Assembly: GCA_031972295.1 (NCBI GenBank)
Contig: DALYEZ010000001.1
Location: 1 to 55,758, forward strand
From: Minisyncoccota bacterium
GTDB lineage: Bacteria > Patescibacteriota > Minisyncoccia > Phycocordibacterales > UBA5272
DNA: 55,758 nucleotides
Reading direction: 5' to 3'
Below are positions 55,054 through 55,758 of the stretch, piece by piece. The notes below the pieces were generated by a model. The model saw only the letters and a list, made by a program, of their open reading frames with translations, ran no database searches and was not told where the DNA came from. Made by a program: the position numbers and the translations under genes. Numbering within the stretch: the first letter of the stretch is position 1; each line of letters begins with the position of its first letter.

Positions 55054-55758
55054 AAGTAGTTTTCACAGGAGGAATCACAGGCGGGCATTTTTTCCCAATT
55101 ATTGCAGTCGCACAAAAAGTGTTTGAAGTTTCTGAGGAACGAAAACTTCTCGAGCCAACACTATATTATTTTTCAAACGATCCCTTTAAAGAGAATCTTC
55201 TATACGATAATCATATTAAATATGTACGGATTGGCTCAGGAAAAATGCGTCGCTACTCTTCGATTCAAAACATAATTGACATAATTCGTTCAGGATTTGG
55301 TTTCTTCAAAGCTCTCTTCAAGTTATATTCTATTTTTCCTGACCTTGTATTCAGCAAAGGTGGTGGTGATGCTTTTCCAACACTTTTAGCTGCAAGAATC
55401 CTTGGTATTCCAGTATTTATTCATGAATCAGATTCAGTGCCAGGGCGAGCAAACATGTGGGCAGGTAAGTTTGCATACCGTGTGGCGGTATCATTTGAAG
55501 AGGCGGGAACATATTTCAAAAAAGAAAAAGTTGCCTACACGGGCCAACCTGTTCGTTCAGAGATTTTACACCCACTTCATGAAGGAGCGTACGAGTATCT
55601 TGATCTTAAAAAAGAAGTTCCGACAATTCTTATTTTAGGAGGCTCACAAGGTTCAGAAAATATTAACGATGTTGTTCTTTCAGTCTTACCAGAACTTCTA
55701 AAAAACTTTCAAGTTATCCATCAAACTGGTGTAAAAAATATCGAAGAGGTTAAACATC
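55050..55758 (+). CDS. murG: Undecaprenyl-PP-MurNAc-pentapeptide GlcNAc transferase MurG (partial, runs off the window)
   Basis: MKVVFTGGITGGHFFP, GKMRRY, FSKGG, IHESDSVPGRAN, TGQPVR, LGGSQGS; ATGA overlap with ftsW. Confidence 0.93.
   Translation, partial: MKVVFTGGITGGHFFPIIAVAQKVFEVSEERKLLEPTLYYFSNDPFKENLLYDNHIKYVRIGSGKMRRYSSIQNIIDIIRSGFGFFKALFKLYSIFPDLVFSKGGGDAFPTLLAARILGIPVFIHESDSVPGRANMWAGKFAYRVAVSFEEAGTYFKKEKVAYTGQPVRSEILHPLHEGAYEYLDLKKEVPTILILGGSQGSENINDVVLSVLPELLKNFQVIHQTGVKNIEEVKH

Noticed and set aside
1-55758. Genetic code 25 (TGA = Gly) as in Gracilibacteria/Absconditabacteria
   Set aside because: Conserved genes (folD, leuS, scpA, ftsW, murD) end at TGA at the expected lengths, and no in-frame TGA interrupts core genes.

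Overview
A 55.8 kb, gene-dense, AT-rich window read in standard code 11 (TGA is used as a stop in bona fide genes such as leuS and folD). The gene families and compact protein variants point to a Patescibacteria (CPR) chromosome, most likely Parcubacteria/Paceibacteria; this is an inference. It is mostly core genome: two tRNAs (Glu-CTC, Ala-TGC), fmt/def, uvrB/uvrA, folD, ychF, leuS, mnmA, alaS, the infA-rpmJ-alpha operon-rplM-rpsI block, grpE-dnaK-dnaJ, trpS, aspS, scpAB and mraY-ftsW-murG (partial). I saw no CRISPR array, integrase or transposase. Highlights: (1) an unannotated GC-rich locus at 11188-11550 with two promoter-terminator-bounded short units, one encoding a 39-aa Gly/Ala-rich peptide behind an SD-sequestering hairpin (alternatively a 6S-like rod RNA) and the other a ~75-nt hairpin RNA; (2) a membrane-anchored FecR protein plus CHASE2 adenylyl cyclase signalling module; (3) the MurL/MurD2 epimerase route to D-Glu peptidoglycan; (4) LeuRS with an intact Nudix hydrolase inserted; (5) UvrA lacking its insertion domain; (6) an L,D-transpeptidase fused to an apparently dead DD-carboxypeptidase; (7) a degenerate FtsA/PilM-like plus baseplate-J-like gene pair; (8) a recurring (TGn)TAnnnT box 6-7 nt before start codons, implying widespread leaderless mRNAs; (9) short genes missed by the ORF track (Zn-free bL36 and a 59-aa ORF). 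All family calls come from motif recognition by eye, not database searches.
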